From assembly GCA_016218275.1 (NCBI GenBank), contig JACREK010000001.1, positions 1 to 35,458 of the forward strand: a stretch of 35,458 nt of DNA, in the 5' to 3' direction. The stretch comes from Candidatus Gottesmanbacteria bacterium (lineage in GTDB: Bacteria; Patescibacteriota; Microgenomatia; 2-02-FULL-39-11). The notes below the pieces were generated by a model. It saw nothing but the letters and a program-made list of their open reading frames with translations, was not told where the DNA came from and did not search any database. Shown here piece by piece: positions 34,337-35,458 of the stretch (position 1 is the stretch's first letter; each line of letters starts with the position of its first letter). A program made the translations under genes and the position numbers.

Positions 34337-35458
34337 TTAAACCACAAACTCTCAAAGGCTTCCGTGATTTCCTGCCGCAGAATGTTATTAAACGGCAATT
34401 TATTATTGATAAAATAAAAAAAGTTTTTGAACTATATGGTTTTGATCCATTAGAAACACCTGCACTTGAATACGCTGAAACATTACTTGGCAAATATGGA
34501 AATGAAGCGGATAAACTTTTGTATTTATTTAAAGATCGTGGCGGAAGAAATGTAGGAATGCGTTATGACCAAACAGTTCCACTCGCCCGCGTAATTGCTC
34601 AGTACAAAAACGAAATTTCCTTTCCTTTTAAGAGATATCAAATCCAACCCGTATGGAGAGCCGAAAATCCTCAAAGAGGAAGATTTAGAGAATTTATGCA
34701 ATGCGATATTGATACTGTAGGAATTGGTGGTATTCGGGCAGATACAGAAATTATCGCTTGTGTCATTGCATCGATAAAGAAATTAGGATTTAAAAGAGCA
34801 AAAATGATTGTTAACGATCGAACTGTATTTGTCCACCTACAACCGAAATATGTTGCCGCAATTGATAAGTTAAAAAAAATTGGAAAAGAGGGAGTGATCG
34901 CTGAATTAATTAGTAAAGGCTACGACAAAAACGATGCCGGCAAGCTTATTAACTCATTTGATGCTAAAAAACCTACACCACATATAATCTCTTTATTCCA
35001 ACTTTTGAGAGAATACGGGCTAGAAGAAAATAAAGATTATCTTTTCGATCCTACTTTGGCTCGGGGATTGGATTACTACACTTCTACAATTTTTGAATTG
35101 GTAGCTGATGATTACTTAAGTGGTTCGTTGGGTGGAGGCGGCAGATATGATAAATTAATTGGTAAATTTATTGGTGAGGATATTCCTGCTGTTGGATTTT
35201 CTTTTGGTTTTGATCGATTACTTGAAGCAATGGATCAGTTACAATTATTACCCCAATTAAAATCATTGACAAAAGTACTAGTAAGTGTATTTTCCCCAGA
35301 ATTTCTGAATATATCATTAAAAACTGTTTCCCTGCTTCGTGATGCCGGTATCAATACAGAAATAGTTTTTGATACAAATATTAAACTGGATAAACAGCTT
35401 AAATATGCGGACAAAAAAGGAATTCCCTATGCTGCCATCATCGGCCCGGATGAAGCAA
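34333..35458 (+). CDS. hisS: Histidyl-tRNA synthetase, 5' partial (continues past window end)
   Basis: Absent from the ORF track. ATG 34333 overlaps the upstream stop (ATGA). Translation: MIKPQTLKGFRDFLPQ...RYDQTVPLARV...WRAENPQRGRFREFMQCDID (class II motif 2) ...GGGGRYD (motif 3). Confidence 0.9.
   Translation, partial: MIKPQTLKGFRDFLPQNVIKRQFIIDKIKKVFELYGFDPLETPALEYAETLLGKYGNEADKLLYLFKDRGGRNVGMRYDQTVPLARVIAQYKNEISFPFKRYQIQPVWRAENPQRGRFREFMQCDIDTVGIGGIRADTEIIACVIASIKKLGFKRAKMIVNDRTVFVHLQPKYVAAIDKLKKIGKEGVIAELISKGYDKNDAGKLINSFDAKKPTPHIISLFQLLREYGLEENKDYLFDPTLARGLDYYTSTIFELVADDYLSGSLGGGGRYDKLIGKFIGEDIPAVGFSFGFDRLLEAMDQLQLLPQLKSLTKVLVSVFSPEFLNISLKTVSLLRDAGINTEIVFDTNIKLDKQLKYADKKGIPYAAIIGPDEA

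Overview
This 35.5 kb window is compact bacterial chromosome, about 40% GC by eye. The gene content and style look like an uncultivated Patescibacteria/CPR-type genome, which is an inference I cannot verify here.

Gene content, left to right:
- Minus strand: a type IV pilus block (pilin, PilC, PilT, PilB).
- Plus strand: holB-like, gyrB, a membrane H+-pyrophosphatase, gyrA and folD. An IS200/RAYT-type Y1 transposase sits on the opposite strand in this block.
- Minus strand, long run: Xer-type tyrosine recombinase, membrane protein, YebC, LCP-like protein, Kef-type antiporter, RluA-family synthase, DksA/TraR, Lgt, MFS transporter, PepA, DnaB and an MBL hydrolase. One TPR gene in this run lies on the plus strand.
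- Plus strand: two secreted or anchored hypotheticals, an M24 peptidase, and the 5' part of hisS.
- One clean tRNA-Leu(CAA) with a consensus sigma70 promoter.

The housekeeping genes are not the notable part. The window is saturated with several families of short palindromic, MITE/REP-like elements, and they do four things:
- They sit at almost every gene junction and supply stop codons and ORF termini.
- They are nested inside one another, once with a visible 4-bp target-site duplication.
- They lie in frame inside intact essential genes: three hairpins in folD, one element in the RluA-family gene, and low-complexity inserts in gyrA and the H+-PPase.
- They fill a 1.57 kb ORF-free tract next to the recombinase.

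Other candidates:
- The tRNA-Leu gene is nested between the two halves of a second class II tRNA-like sequence.
- A 2.1 kb tRNA-adjacent islet is bounded by direct repeats. It carries an orphan methyltransferase-domain protein and a wHTH/Cas2-like (PaaX-type) protein.

All homology statements come from motif recognition by eye. No searches were run.
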